A stretch of DNA of 64,000 nucleotides. It comes from Bacilli bacterium. Lineage in GTDB: Bacteria; Bacillota_I; Bacilli_A; RFN20; CAG-826. Below, in pieces: positions 1 to 8,711 of this stretch (its first letter is position 1; each line of letters begins with the position of its first letter). A program made the position numbers and the translations under genes. The stretch lies in contig JBAZCS010000001.1 of assembly GCA_041654855.1 (NCBI GenBank), positions 985 through 64,984 on the forward strand. Reading direction: 5' to 3'. The notes beneath the pieces were generated by a model. That model was given only the letters and a program-made list of their open reading frames with translations, did not search any database and was not told where the DNA came from.

Positions 1-1023
1 ATGCCGCGCCGTAATGATATCACCCCGCTTATTGATATTATGAAAAAAATATACACACGGGTGGGCGCTTTTTTAGAAAAGAATGGTTATCATAATTTTT
101 CTATAGCGATTGGTATTGCCAGAGCCCGCCAATTTGATGATATGAAAATGCACTTTAAAACCGCGGAAGAATTAAGTATGTTTGCTCACCGCGAAATTGG
201 TGATATAAAAATGCTCATTTATGATCCAGCGCAAGAAGTAAAAGCATTAGACCTTAGTTTATATCGCAATGAGTTAATGAGCATCGTGCGGAAGAAAAGT
301 GTTGAACCATTATTTCAACCGCTTATCGATAGTCGGAGTGTTGAGATTCTTGGTTATTTAACTAGTTTCCAAATAAGTGGTTCGCTTTTCGCAAGTTACA
401 AAGATTTAACGACTTTTGCGCGAGAAAACAAACAAAATGAATTACTAATGAAGATGGTATTACGAAAAACAGCAGCGACTTATCATAATGTTAAACGTAA
501 TAACCGTCATTTATTATTTATTCCAATTTCCATTGACGATGTTGGTTTTTTAAGTGAAACATTTAGCACCCAACCGTTCGCTAGTGATTTAAAAATTGTC
601 TTTATGTTAGAAGAACAAGATTACGCCCATAGTTTTGATTTAGGCGAAGAAATGAGTGCCATTAATAAAAAGATTAAAAAGATGGGCTATGGTATTGCCC
701 TTATTATTAGTAACACCGAACTTACATTGCCCGATAAAATCTATGGTGAAGTTGATTACTTTATGGTCAATGAACAAATATTATCACGAACCGAAGGTAG
801 TGAGCGGGAAAGATTATATTTACTTTCGTCACTTGGTAAATTATTACGGCATAAACGACCAATCACTTTCATTGATTTACCAAAATGGAGTGAGATTGAA
901 TATTATATTCGCGCGGGCGCTGATTATGTCGCTAGTGACGAAATAAGCAAAAAAGACTTTACATTAGGAACAATTGATAAGAAGAAAGCACTAAGAATTA
1001 TTAGTTTTAGTAAGAGGAAATAA
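1..1023 (+). CDS. EAL-domain-like protein (c-di-GMP phosphodiesterase family; probably degenerate). May be 5'-truncated by the window edge.
   Basis: The stretch SVEPLFQPLIDSRSVEILGYLTSF matches the EAL/QP region of EAL domains. DDVGFLS sits where DDFGTGYSS is expected. The C-terminal FIDLPKWSEIEYYIRAGADYVASDEI resembles the EGVE...QG block. Catalytic motifs are altered (EPL for EAL). The ORF starts at base 1, so the N-terminus is uncertain. Confidence 0.5.
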   Translation: MPRRNDITPLIDIMKKIYTRVGAFLEKNGYHNFSIAIGIARARQFDDMKMHFKTAEELSMFAHREIGDIKMLIYDPAQEVKALDLSLYRNELMSIVRKKSVEPLFQPLIDSRSVEILGYLTSFQISGSLFASYKDLTTFARENKQNELLMKMVLRKTAATYHNVKRNNRHLLFIPISIDDVGFLSETFSTQPFASDLKIVFMLEEQDYAHSFDLGEEMSAINKKIKKMGYGIALIISNTELTLPDKIYGEVDYFMVNEQILSRTEGSERERLYLLSSLGKLLRHKRPITFIDLPKWSEIEYYIRAGADYVASDEISKKDFTLGTIDKKKALRIISFSKRK

Positions 1024-1025
1024 AG

Positions 1026-2459
1026 ATGAGTAAAATTAAAATCGATGCTATTACAACGCAAAAAGAAGACTTTGCCCAATGGTATACCGATGTTTGCCGT
1101 AAAGCCGAACTTATGGACTATAGTGACGTTAAAGGCTTTATTATTTATCGGCCTTATGGCTATGCGATTTGGGAAAATATTCAAAAATATTTAGATGGCC
1201 GCTTTAAAGAAAAAGGCCATGAAAACGTATATATGCCGCTTGTAATTCCGACAAGTTTATTCCAAAAAGAAAAAGATCATATTGAAGGCTTTGCCCCGGA
1301 AACTTTAGTCGCAACATTAGGCGGTAATCAAAAGATTGAAGATCCATTAATTATTCGCCCAACGAGTGAAGTATTATTTTGTGATCATTTTGCAAAGATT
1401 GTTAGCTCGCATCGTGACTTACCAAAACTATATAACCAATGGTGTTCGGTTGTTCGCTGGGAAAAAACAACCCGTCCTTTCTTACGCGGCAGTGAATTTT
1501 TATGGCAAGAAGGCCATACAATCCACGAAAGTGAAGTTGAAGCTCGTAACCACGCTTTAACAATGTTAAAAGTTTATGAAGACATGGGGAAAGACCTATT
1601 AGCGATTCCTTTTTTAACTGGTAATAAAACGGAAAAAGAAAAATTTGCCGGCGCCGAACAAACATTTACAATTGAAGCTTTAATGCCGGACGGTAAAGCT
1701 TTACAAAGTGGCACCACTCATTATTTTGGCCAAGGTTTTGCCAAAGTCTTTAATATTCAATTCCAAGATAAAAATAATACATTGAAATACGTCCATCAAA
1801 CAAGTTTTGGTGTTTCTACAAGACTTATTGGTGCGGTCATTATGGCCCATGGCGATGATAATGGTCTTAACTTACCACCCCGCGTTGCCCCAATTCAAGT
1901 TGTAATCGTCCCGATTCAACAAAATCAACCTGGCGTTTTAAATAAAGCGTATGAACTAGAAAAACGCCTAAAAGCAAAAGGCATTCGCGTTAAAGTCGAT
2001 AGTAGTGATAAATCCCCAGGCTGGAAGTTTGCCGAATACGAAATGAAAGGTGTACCATTACGTTTAGAAATTGGTCCGCGTGACTTAAAAGCGGGGCTTG
2101 TAAGTGGCGCGCTTCGTCACAATCATGAAAAGTTTAATTTCGCCGACGCTGAACTGGAAGCGAAAGTGGAAACTTTACTTGATGATATTCATGATGCAAT
2201 GTATCAAAAAGCCTTAACTTACTTACTAGACCACACCTTTGAAGTACATACAATGGAAGAACTAGAAGACGCCTTAAACAATAAATTAGGATACGCAAAA
2301 ATGATGTGGAGCGGGGACCAAGAACACCTTGATATTATTAAAGAACGGTTCCAAGCAACGGCAAGAGCGCTTCCTTTTAATCAAACGCCATTTAGTGAAA
2401 AGTGCCTTGTCAGTGGCAAGAAAGCTAAATATGTTGTCATCGTTGGTAAAGCTTACTAA
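1026..2459 (+). CDS. proS: Prolyl-tRNA synthetase, short archaeal/eukaryote-type class II.
   Basis: 477 aa. ATG is preceded by an AGGAAATAAAG RBS. The N-terminal FAQWYTDVCRKAELMDYSDVKGFIIYRPYGYAIWE and the class II core are typical of archaeal-type ProRS found in Mollicutes and relatives. Confidence 0.9.
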   Translation: MSKIKIDAITTQKEDFAQWYTDVCRKAELMDYSDVKGFIIYRPYGYAIWENIQKYLDGRFKEKGHENVYMPLVIPTSLFQKEKDHIEGFAPETLVATLGGNQKIEDPLIIRPTSEVLFCDHFAKIVSSHRDLPKLYNQWCSVVRWEKTTRPFLRGSEFLWQEGHTIHESEVEARNHALTMLKVYEDMGKDLLAIPFLTGNKTEKEKFAGAEQTFTIEALMPDGKALQSGTTHYFGQGFAKVFNIQFQDKNNTLKYVHQTSFGVSTRLIGAVIMAHGDDNGLNLPPRVAPIQVVIVPIQQNQPGVLNKAYELEKRLKAKGIRVKVDSSDKSPGWKFAEYEMKGVPLRLEIGPRDLKAGLVSGALRHNHEKFNFADAELEAKVETLLDDIHDAMYQKALTYLLDHTFEVHTMEELEDALNNKLGYAKMMWSGDQEHLDIIKERFQATARALPFNQTPFSEKCLVSGKKAKYVVIVGKAY

Positions 2460-2506
2460 TTTATTTATTTACAAATAATTTTGGTTATGCTATTATTTAC
2501 CAAGAC

Positions 2507-2597
2507 GGAGTAGTACCCAAGTTGGTGAAGGGGCTTCCCTGCTAAGGAAGTAGGTCGGGTAACTGGCGCGTGAGTTCGAGTCTCACCTACTCCGCCA
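2507..2597 (+). tRNA. tRNA-Ser (anticodon GCT), class II with long variable arm, CCA encoded.
   Basis: Acceptor GGAGTAG/CTACTCC. D-stem CCC/GGG. Anticodon stem CTTCC/GGAAG with loop CTGCTAA. Long variable arm. T-arm GTGAG-TTCGAGT-CTCAC. Discriminator G then CCA. Confidence 0.85.
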
Positions 2598-2608
2598 TTA
2601 ATAAAATA

Positions 2609-2636
2609 ACACTCATTAATTGGGTGTTTTTTATTT
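2609..2636 (+). terminator. Rho-independent terminator after tRNA-Ser.
   Basis: 7-bp stem ACACTCA/TGGGTGT (one G-U pair), loop TTAAT, followed by TTTTTTATTTT. Confidence 0.55.
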
Positions 2637-2723
2637 TATAGGCCTATAGGATTGCAAAAAAGCCTTCTTTTATAGAGTAAAAAGAAATTTAAGGCATTTA
2701 AGGGAAAAATTGCATATTTTACA

Positions 2724-2753
2724 TTGTAAAAATGGTGTTAATCATGTTAAAAT
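2724..2753 (+). promoter_or_regulatory. Putative sigma-A promoter for cdaA-glmM.
   Basis: -35 TTGTAA (2724-2729), 18-nt spacer, extended -10 TGTTAAAAT (2745-2753). About 30 nt upstream of the AAGGGAAA RBS and ATG at 2785. Confidence 0.4.
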
Positions 2754-2784
2754 GACAATACAAAAAGTAAGGGAAAAAGATATT

Positions 2785-3558
2785 ATGGTAAATATGTATT
2801 TGTCGATTATTACGGATGTAACAAAAATTATTCAAGTTGTTATTATTTTTCTAGCGATTCTCGCGCTTGACATTTTTTTGTTTTTCTTTTTAAAACGGCT
2901 ATTTCCTAAACTTATTCTTAGTTTTACTTCCCTTGCTTTAATTGCTTCTAGTCTCTTTGATTTAGAAATTCTTTCCATTTTCCTTGGCCTTTTTTACTTT
3001 GGTAGTGTCATGCTCTTTATCTTTGGTAACATGTCAGAATTTAGATGGTTATTTTCCAATAGTGTCGCGGCAAAAGACCGGCGACCCCGGCGTGAACAAC
3101 GGAAAATTTATGACCAAGAAGAGATCGCTAACCAACTTGTTAGTGCCGTCTTAAATCTTTCCAAAACAAAGATGGGGGCCCTTATTACAATCGAAAGATC
3201 AAATGAATTAACGGATCTTTTAAAAAATGGCACGATGATTAACGCCCCAGTTACCGCAGCTTTACTTACAACTATTTTCTATAAAGGAACGACACTTCAT
3301 GATGGCGCAGTAGTCATTCGTGAAGATACTATTTTAGCGGCAAGCGTTTACTTTACGCCATCCACCAAACCATTAACAGGTAAAGTTGGTTCAAGACACC
3401 GCGCTGCTCTTGGCATTAGTGAAGTAACTGATGCTGTTACTATTGTCGTTAGTGAAGAAACGGGACGGATTAGCTTTGCCTATAAAGGCAACTTACAACC
3501 AGTTAATCCTGATGACTTCCGTAAAGTTTTAATTGATTACTTATTTCCAAAATATTAG
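2785..3558 (+). CDS. cdaA: Diadenylate cyclase CdaA (membrane-anchored c-di-AMP synthase).
   Basis: N-terminal TM helices. DAC domain motifs DGAVVIR...RHRAALGISEVTDAVTIVVSEETGRISF. The ORF-track start at 2710 is upstream of the likely RBS/ATG at 2785. Confidence 0.85.
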   Translation: MVNMYLSIITDVTKIIQVVIIFLAILALDIFLFFFLKRLFPKLILSFTSLALIASSLFDLEILSIFLGLFYFGSVMLFIFGNMSEFRWLFSNSVAAKDRRPRREQRKIYDQEEIANQLVSAVLNLSKTKMGALITIERSNELTDLLKNGTMINAPVTAALLTTIFYKGTTLHDGAVVIREDTILAASVYFTPSTKPLTGKVGSRHRAALGISEVTDAVTIVVSEETGRISFAYKGNLQPVNPDDFRKVLIDYLFPKY

Positions 3559-3568
3559 AGGTATATAT

Positions 3569-4882
3569 ATGAAATTATTTGGTACAGATGGCATTCGCGG
3601 GAAAGGCAATGTTTTACTTACGCCCGCATTAAGTTTTAAAGTTGGGGCTTTTTTAGGACAATATTTAAAAAGTAATAATATCGTTTTAGCCCAAGATACA
3701 AGAAGAAGTGGTCCCGTTATTTTAAATAGTTTAGTGGCTGGTATTTTAAGTAGTGGCGGTAACGCAACGGTCCTTGGTGTTGCCCCGACCCCCGCTTTAG
3801 CTTATATTTGTAAAAAGCATAACTTTGATTACGGCATTATGATTAGTGCTTCGCACAATCCTTTCGCCGATAACGGTGTTAAGATTTTTGATACAAATGG
3901 CTTTAAGATAAGTGAGACTATTGAAGAAGCGATTGAAAAGTATATTGCAAGTAACGAAGAATTACCACTTAAGACTGGAAAAGAAATTGGTGTTTTAAAT
4001 GATAATAAAGCACTATTAAGCGAATATGTTACGTATGTCCGTGAGGCTTATCGTGATACTTTGGACCTTCATCTTTTAGTCGATGGGGCTAATGGTTCAG
4101 CTTCGAGTGTTATTAAAGATGTTCTTGCTGGTTTAAAACTTAAAGCCACGATTAAACATATTACTCCTGACGGTATTAACATTAATGAAAATTGTGGTTC
4201 AACCCACCTTGCAAACTTACAAAAAGAAATAAAAGATAATCCTGGGAAGTATGATTTAGGAGTCGCTTTTGATGGCGACGCTGATCGCGTCTTATTTGTA
4301 GGGGCGAATGGTGAAGAGTTTGATGGTGATTATGTTTTATATTTACTCGGTAAGCACTATAAGAAAATTGGTATTTTAAAAGATGATACCGTTGTTATTA
4401 CCGTAATGGCAAATTACGGCTTAAACGCTGCATTTAACGCCTTAAATATTAAAATGGCAGTTACGGGGGTCGGTGATAAATACGTGCAAAGAGAGATGGT
4501 GGCAAACGATTATTTAATCGGGGGCGAGCAATCAGGTCACACGATCTTTAATGGTTTTATTAAAACGGGTGACGGTATTTATACGCTAATGAAAGTACTT
4601 GATGTCCTAGCTGCCGAAAAGACAACCTTTAGTGAATACACGAAAGAATTTAAAAAGTATCCGCAATGTTTATTAAACATTAAGGTGAGTGATAAAAACA
4701 AAGCTATGAATGACCCACTTTTACTTGCCGAAGTTAAAAAAATCGAACAAGAACTTGGCGGTCATGGCCGTGTTTTAGTGCGGGCAAGCGGGACTGAACA
4801 ATTAGTGCGTGTCATGGTTGAAGCAATGACAAATGAAGAAGCTCTTAACGCCGCCCACCATTTAGCAACTTTCGTTAAATAA
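3569..4882 (+). CDS. glmM: Phosphoglucosamine mutase.
   Basis: MKLFGTDGIRGKGN N-terminus. Phosphoserine loop SASHNP. Four-domain phosphohexomutase length. AGAGG RBS before ATG 3569. Confidence 0.9.
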   Translation: MKLFGTDGIRGKGNVLLTPALSFKVGAFLGQYLKSNNIVLAQDTRRSGPVILNSLVAGILSSGGNATVLGVAPTPALAYICKKHNFDYGIMISASHNPFADNGVKIFDTNGFKISETIEEAIEKYIASNEELPLKTGKEIGVLNDNKALLSEYVTYVREAYRDTLDLHLLVDGANGSASSVIKDVLAGLKLKATIKHITPDGININENCGSTHLANLQKEIKDNPGKYDLGVAFDGDADRVLFVGANGEEFDGDYVLYLLGKHYKKIGILKDDTVVITVMANYGLNAAFNALNIKMAVTGVGDKYVQREMVANDYLIGGEQSGHTIFNGFIKTGDGIYTLMKVLDVLAAEKTTFSEYTKEFKKYPQCLLNIKVSDKNKAMNDPLLLAEVKKIEQELGGHGRVLVRASGTEQLVRVMVEAMTNEEALNAAHHLATFVK

Positions 4883-4906
4883 CGAAAATAATCAACGAAA
4901 TTATTT

Positions 4907-4933
4907 AAAAGGGGTATAGATTGCCCCTTTTTT
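4907..4933 (+). terminator. Rho-independent terminator after glmM.
   Basis: AAAAGGGG-TATAGATTG-CCCCTTTTTT hairpin plus U-tract. Confidence 0.5.
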
Positions 4934-4967
4934 GTATATAATAAAAAGGTAGGAAAGGATTGCATAA

Positions 4968-6281
4968 ATGGAATTTAAAGATAAATTATTATCCCATAAA
5001 ATGGGAAAAGAAGAAATTGCATATTTAAATGACATGCATCCTTTTGACTTAGTTGAATTATATGAAAGTCTAGATATCAGAACGCAAAATTATTTAATTA
5101 CCCTTCTAAGTGAAGATACTTTTGCGGCGGTCTTAAGTTTCTTAGACCCAGAACGCGCTGCTTTATTTATTGAACGAATGGAGCTATCGCGCCAACAATC
5201 ACTTTTAAACTTAATTGATCCTGACGATGCGGCCGATATTATTGCGGAATTACCAGATGACGTCAGTGCCGAACTTGTGAGTTCGCTTGGTGAAGAAAAT
5301 AAAGCCGTTGCCCTGCTTAAATATGACGAAGAACAAGCCGGGGCGATGATGAATAACTTATTTGTGACGGTGAGTCTTAATGATGACGTTAAAGAAGCAA
5401 CACGCAAAGTTATTAAAATGGCCGGAGATGTTAGTTCAATTCAAACGATCTTTGTGACGAACGAAAAAGATGAATATCTTGGACAATTTCCGCTTAAAAC
5501 ATTATTAAAGGCGAAACCCCCGCTACGGGTAAGTGATATTATTACCCATGAAACAACATTCTTAGATACGACCCCGCTTGATGATATCGTCTCCTTTATG
5601 AAAGAGTTTAGTGATCACGATATTGCAATTGTTAATTCCGAAAGTGTGTTAGTTGGGATCATTACGGCAAGTGACATTATTGAAGAGTACCACGCTGAAG
5701 CGATCGAAGACTTTTCAAAATTAAGTGCCTTACCGGAAATTGACTTTACGCAAGGCATCTTTAAAAGCGCAATTAAAAGGCTACCGTGGCTTTTAGGACT
5801 TTTAGCCCTATCAATTATCATTGCCCTAATTACCGCCCAATTTGAGGCTGTAATTCAAGCTACTGTTGCCCTAGCCTTTTTCCAACCACTTATTTTAGAC
5901 GTTGGAGGGGACGTAGCGAGTCAAACTTTAGCGGTTACGCTTATTGCGCTTAATAAAGAAGATAGTGATTTAAAGAAAACAGGCCGCAAAGAAGTAATTT
6001 CCGGCTTAATAACGGGAGTCGGTCTTTCAATCGTTTCCTTTATTATTACGTACCTTTTTGGAATGTGGACTAAATATAGTGCCCCCTTATTACTCGCGAC
6101 TGTCGTTAGTGTTTCGCTCATCATTACCGTTATTATTGGTTTTATGTTTGGCCTTTTAGTGCCAATCTTATTACATAAAATAAAAATTGACCCTGCTGTC
6201 GCTAGTGGACCGTTTATTACAACCTCAATTGATATTTTGAGCTTGCTCGTCTATTTCTCATTAGCGCTTTTAATCTTATAG
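4968..6281 (+). CDS. mgtE: Magnesium transporter MgtE (copy 1).
   Basis: MgtE N-domain, tandem CBS domains and C-terminal 5-TM MgtE domain (LILDVGGDVASQTLAVT...PFITTSIDILSLLVYF). Confidence 0.85.
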   Translation: MEFKDKLLSHKMGKEEIAYLNDMHPFDLVELYESLDIRTQNYLITLLSEDTFAAVLSFLDPERAALFIERMELSRQQSLLNLIDPDDAADIIAELPDDVSAELVSSLGEENKAVALLKYDEEQAGAMMNNLFVTVSLNDDVKEATRKVIKMAGDVSSIQTIFVTNEKDEYLGQFPLKTLLKAKPPLRVSDIITHETTFLDTTPLDDIVSFMKEFSDHDIAIVNSESVLVGIITASDIIEEYHAEAIEDFSKLSALPEIDFTQGIFKSAIKRLPWLLGLLALSIIIALITAQFEAVIQATVALAFFQPLILDVGGDVASQTLAVTLIALNKEDSDLKKTGRKEVISGLITGVGLSIVSFIITYLFGMWTKYSAPLLLATVVSVSLIITVIIGFMFGLLVPILLHKIKIDPAVASGPFITTSIDILSLLVYFSLALLIL

Positions 6282-6296
6282 AAAGGAGAATAACCG

Positions 6297-7616
6297 ATGG
6301 ACATTAATTTTGACACTACTGATCGTTATTTAAAACCAGTTTTACTTAGTGCCGCGACAAGTGATCTTGCCGAACTCTTTGAAGAAAATAAAAACCAACG
6401 TTATCGGATTTTCCTTTTAATTGGCAGCAAGAAATTTAGTGAAGTTTTCATCTTCTTAGAAGACGAAATGCAAGTTGAATTTTTTAACACTTTAAAACGC
6501 AGTGAAAAGCAAAACCTACTTAATAGTTTAAGTGTTAATGACTTAAAGACTTTCCTTGGTCTATATAAAGAAGGAAAGCGGATTGAACTCTTTAAACTAG
6601 TGGAACGAAAAAATGCCCTAGCCGTTGTTAAACTCTTTTCTTATGAAGAAGATAGCGCCGCGGCCGTTAGTTCCCCGCACTTTATTTCTTTCCCGATTAC
6701 AACAACAGTAAAAGAGGCGACATACAACACAATTGCTAATGCGGCGGAAAATGATGAAATTGATGTCATTTTCTTCCATGACGCTAATAATAAGTATGTT
6801 GGAGCGACGACGATTAAAGATTTAATTGCTGCTCGTTCGACAACACCAATTGAAGAAGTAATTGATGAACAATTCCCCTTTGTATATGAAGATGATAAAT
6901 TTACAAAAGCCTTACGTATAATTCGCGATTATGACTTATTAATGCTTCCGGTATTAACGCGTGATCATGAAATGATTGGTTTTGTATCCGAAACGGACGC
7001 TTTAAACTTAATGGCCGAAAACCATGAAAACACGTTACGGAAGATGGTGAAGGTTGCCGAAGATGACGATAATTTAAGTGCGACAAGTACTGCCTTTACC
7101 CGGTTACCGTGGCTTTTACTTTCCGTTGTTTTAAACTTAGTAATCGCGAGCGGGCTAACAACCTTTGAAGCCTTAATTAGTGCTTTCGTTGGTTTAGTGT
7201 TATTCCAGCCGATGATTTTAGGGATGGCCGGGAATATTGGTACGCAATCGATGGGGGTTACCATCTTAGGTCTTCATCAAGATAATATGAAAATGAAGCG
7301 CCACGTTGGCCGTGAGTTTTTAATTGGCCTTATTAATAGCGTCATCTCTGGTATTGTTGGTTTTGGCGTTGTCTATCTTTTCTTAATCGTTATTAAGCAA
7401 CCGCATGCCTTTGCTTACGGCATCGTTGTCGGCCTTGCTTTAATCTTTGCGATGCTTATTAGTGCGGTCGCTGGAGTTTTAACTCCGATTATTTTACGGG
7501 CGATGAAGTTTGATGAAAAAGCAGCGTCTGGTCCTTTAATCTCAACTATTAATGACTTCTTTGCCTTACAAGCATATTTCTTAATTGCGCTTTTACTAAT
7601 GAACTTTTTAAAGTAA
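6297..7616 (+). CDS. Magnesium transporter MgtE paralog (copy 2).
   Basis: Same architecture as the upstream gene (CBS pair, TM domain with MILGMAGNIGTQSMGVT...PLISTINDFFALQAYF). Starts 16 nt after copy 1. Confidence 0.8.
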   Translation: MDINFDTTDRYLKPVLLSAATSDLAELFEENKNQRYRIFLLIGSKKFSEVFIFLEDEMQVEFFNTLKRSEKQNLLNSLSVNDLKTFLGLYKEGKRIELFKLVERKNALAVVKLFSYEEDSAAAVSSPHFISFPITTTVKEATYNTIANAAENDEIDVIFFHDANNKYVGATTIKDLIAARSTTPIEEVIDEQFPFVYEDDKFTKALRIIRDYDLLMLPVLTRDHEMIGFVSETDALNLMAENHENTLRKMVKVAEDDDNLSATSTAFTRLPWLLLSVVLNLVIASGLTTFEALISAFVGLVLFQPMILGMAGNIGTQSMGVTILGLHQDNMKMKRHVGREFLIGLINSVISGIVGFGVVYLFLIVIKQPHAFAYGIVVGLALIFAMLISAVAGVLTPIILRAMKFDEKAASGPLISTINDFFALQAYFLIALLLMNFLK

Positions 7617-7632
7617 ATGATAATTAACAATA

Positions 7633-7658
7633 AAAAAAGACCCTTTCGGGTCAGTTTT
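7633..7658. terminator. Bidirectional rho-independent terminator between convergent genes.
   Basis: GACCC-TTTC-GGGTC stem flanked by an A-run on one side and a T-run on the other. Serves mgtE2 (+) and the 271-aa gene (-). Confidence 0.55.
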
Positions 7659-7677
7659 ATAAGTAATCAAGAACTAA

Positions 7678-8493
7678 TTAAGCAGTGTAATTAGGACCAA
7701 AGATTCCTTGATAATTCCAAGCGTTAGCAAGATATTGGGCTTTGCTAAGTTTTGTATCTTGTTGGGCATTAACCCCGATAAAGACGTTTGAAACACCGTT
7801 ATAACCATCGGTAAAGTCAACTTGGAAAATGGTTGGGGTTTGGAACTTTTCTTTACTGGCGGAATAAATATCATCGATTTGCGTTTCCGTAATACCACCA
7901 TTTAAGTAGAAGTGCGTTTCATAAGCTTCACCAGCGTATTCTTCAAAACTTGAGAAGTTACGATGTAAGAACGCTTCAAAGGCGCTACTTGCACTATCGT
8001 CACCAGCAAATCCACCTTCTTTTTTCCAATCTTCTTTTGCTTTACCAGTTAATTCTTGGTCAACGAAGATTGTTTTGATGGCAAGTTTTTCACCTTGGAT
8101 TAATGCTTTACCATCGCCTGCTAAATATTCAAAGCCTTCTTTAGCAGCGGTACACGCTGCACACGCTTTATCTTTTTGGACAAACACTAAGAAGAACTTT
8201 TGACCACTTAGCGAAGTACTTGTTCCTTCGCTATTGTTTTTGATTTCTTTAAAGAGTTTATCAGCAGCGCTATTTTCGGCACCGGCAAGCGATACTTGAT
8301 ATTTTTTATAATATGTTTCCGCGCTGTTATTACGATCTTCAATCGCCTTAATGCCGTCAACGACACTTGGGATTGCAAAAATAACACCGAAGATAATTCC
8401 AACAATTAATAGTGGTTGGACCCATGCGGTTTCTTTAATCCAACGCCAGATTCCAATAAAGAAACCTCCTATAACACTTAATACTTTTTTCAT
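7678..8493 (-). CDS. Hypothetical membrane-anchored protein with a single N-terminal TM helix and a C-x-x-C motif (KACAAC).
   Basis: 271-aa ORF. N-terminal hydrophobic segment WVQPLLIVGIIFGVIFAIP. I recognise no family. Confidence 0.55.
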   Translation of the reverse strand: MKKVLSVIGGFFIGIWRWIKETAWVQPLLIVGIIFGVIFAIPSVVDGIKAIEDRNNSAETYYKKYQVSLAGAENSAADKLFKEIKNNSEGTSTSLSGQKFFLVFVQKDKACAACTAAKEGFEYLAGDGKALIQGEKLAIKTIFVDQELTGKAKEDWKKEGGFAGDDSASSAFEAFLHRNFSSFEEYAGEAYETHFYLNGGITETQIDDIYSASKEKFQTPTIFQVDFTDGYNGVSNVFIGVNAQQDTKLSKAQYLANAWNYQGIFGPNYTA

Positions 8494-8662
8494 TAAATGT
8501 TTCCTCCTTCTATTTATAATAGAGCACGTATAATAATAACACTACGTTAATTAAATTTCAAACAAAAGATAATAGAAATATTGCAAATGCGTGCACATTT
8601 TTAATAATATCATAAATATATTAACTCTTTTAAATAAAAAGATAACTTTTAGTCAATTTGCG

Positions 8663-8691
8663 TTGATATTTTAACTTATTACTCATATAAT
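8663..8691 (+). promoter_or_regulatory. Putative sigma-A promoter for the YitT-family gene.
   Basis: -35 TTGATA (8663-8668), 17-nt spacer, -10 TATAAT (8686-8691). ATG at 8712 with a GAGTGAGGTAAAG RBS. Confidence 0.4.
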
Positions 8692-8711
8692 CTTTGTGAG
8701 TGAGGTAAAGT

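Noticed and set aside
656-946. Nested + strand ORF (96 aa) inside the EAL-like gene.
   Set aside because: An alternative frame of the same strand, fully contained in the longer EAL-like ORF. No independent support.
4883-4967. M-box (Mg2+) riboswitch upstream of mgtE.
   Set aside because: Only 85 nt of spacer, most of it taken up by the glmM terminator hairpin. An M-box needs about 160 nt of conserved structure.
5090-5407. Antisense or nested ORFs inside confirmed genes. Examples: 5090-5407(-), 5615-5821(-), 6965-7264(-), 8208-8405(-), 21129-21545(-), 46481-46753(-), 46901-47294(-), 49544-49852(-), 61916-62194(-).
   Set aside because: Each lies wholly within a well-supported CDS on the opposite strand or in another frame. 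They have low-complexity, Ser/Thr/Lys-biased compositions typical of antisense frames of AT-rich genes, and no RBS.
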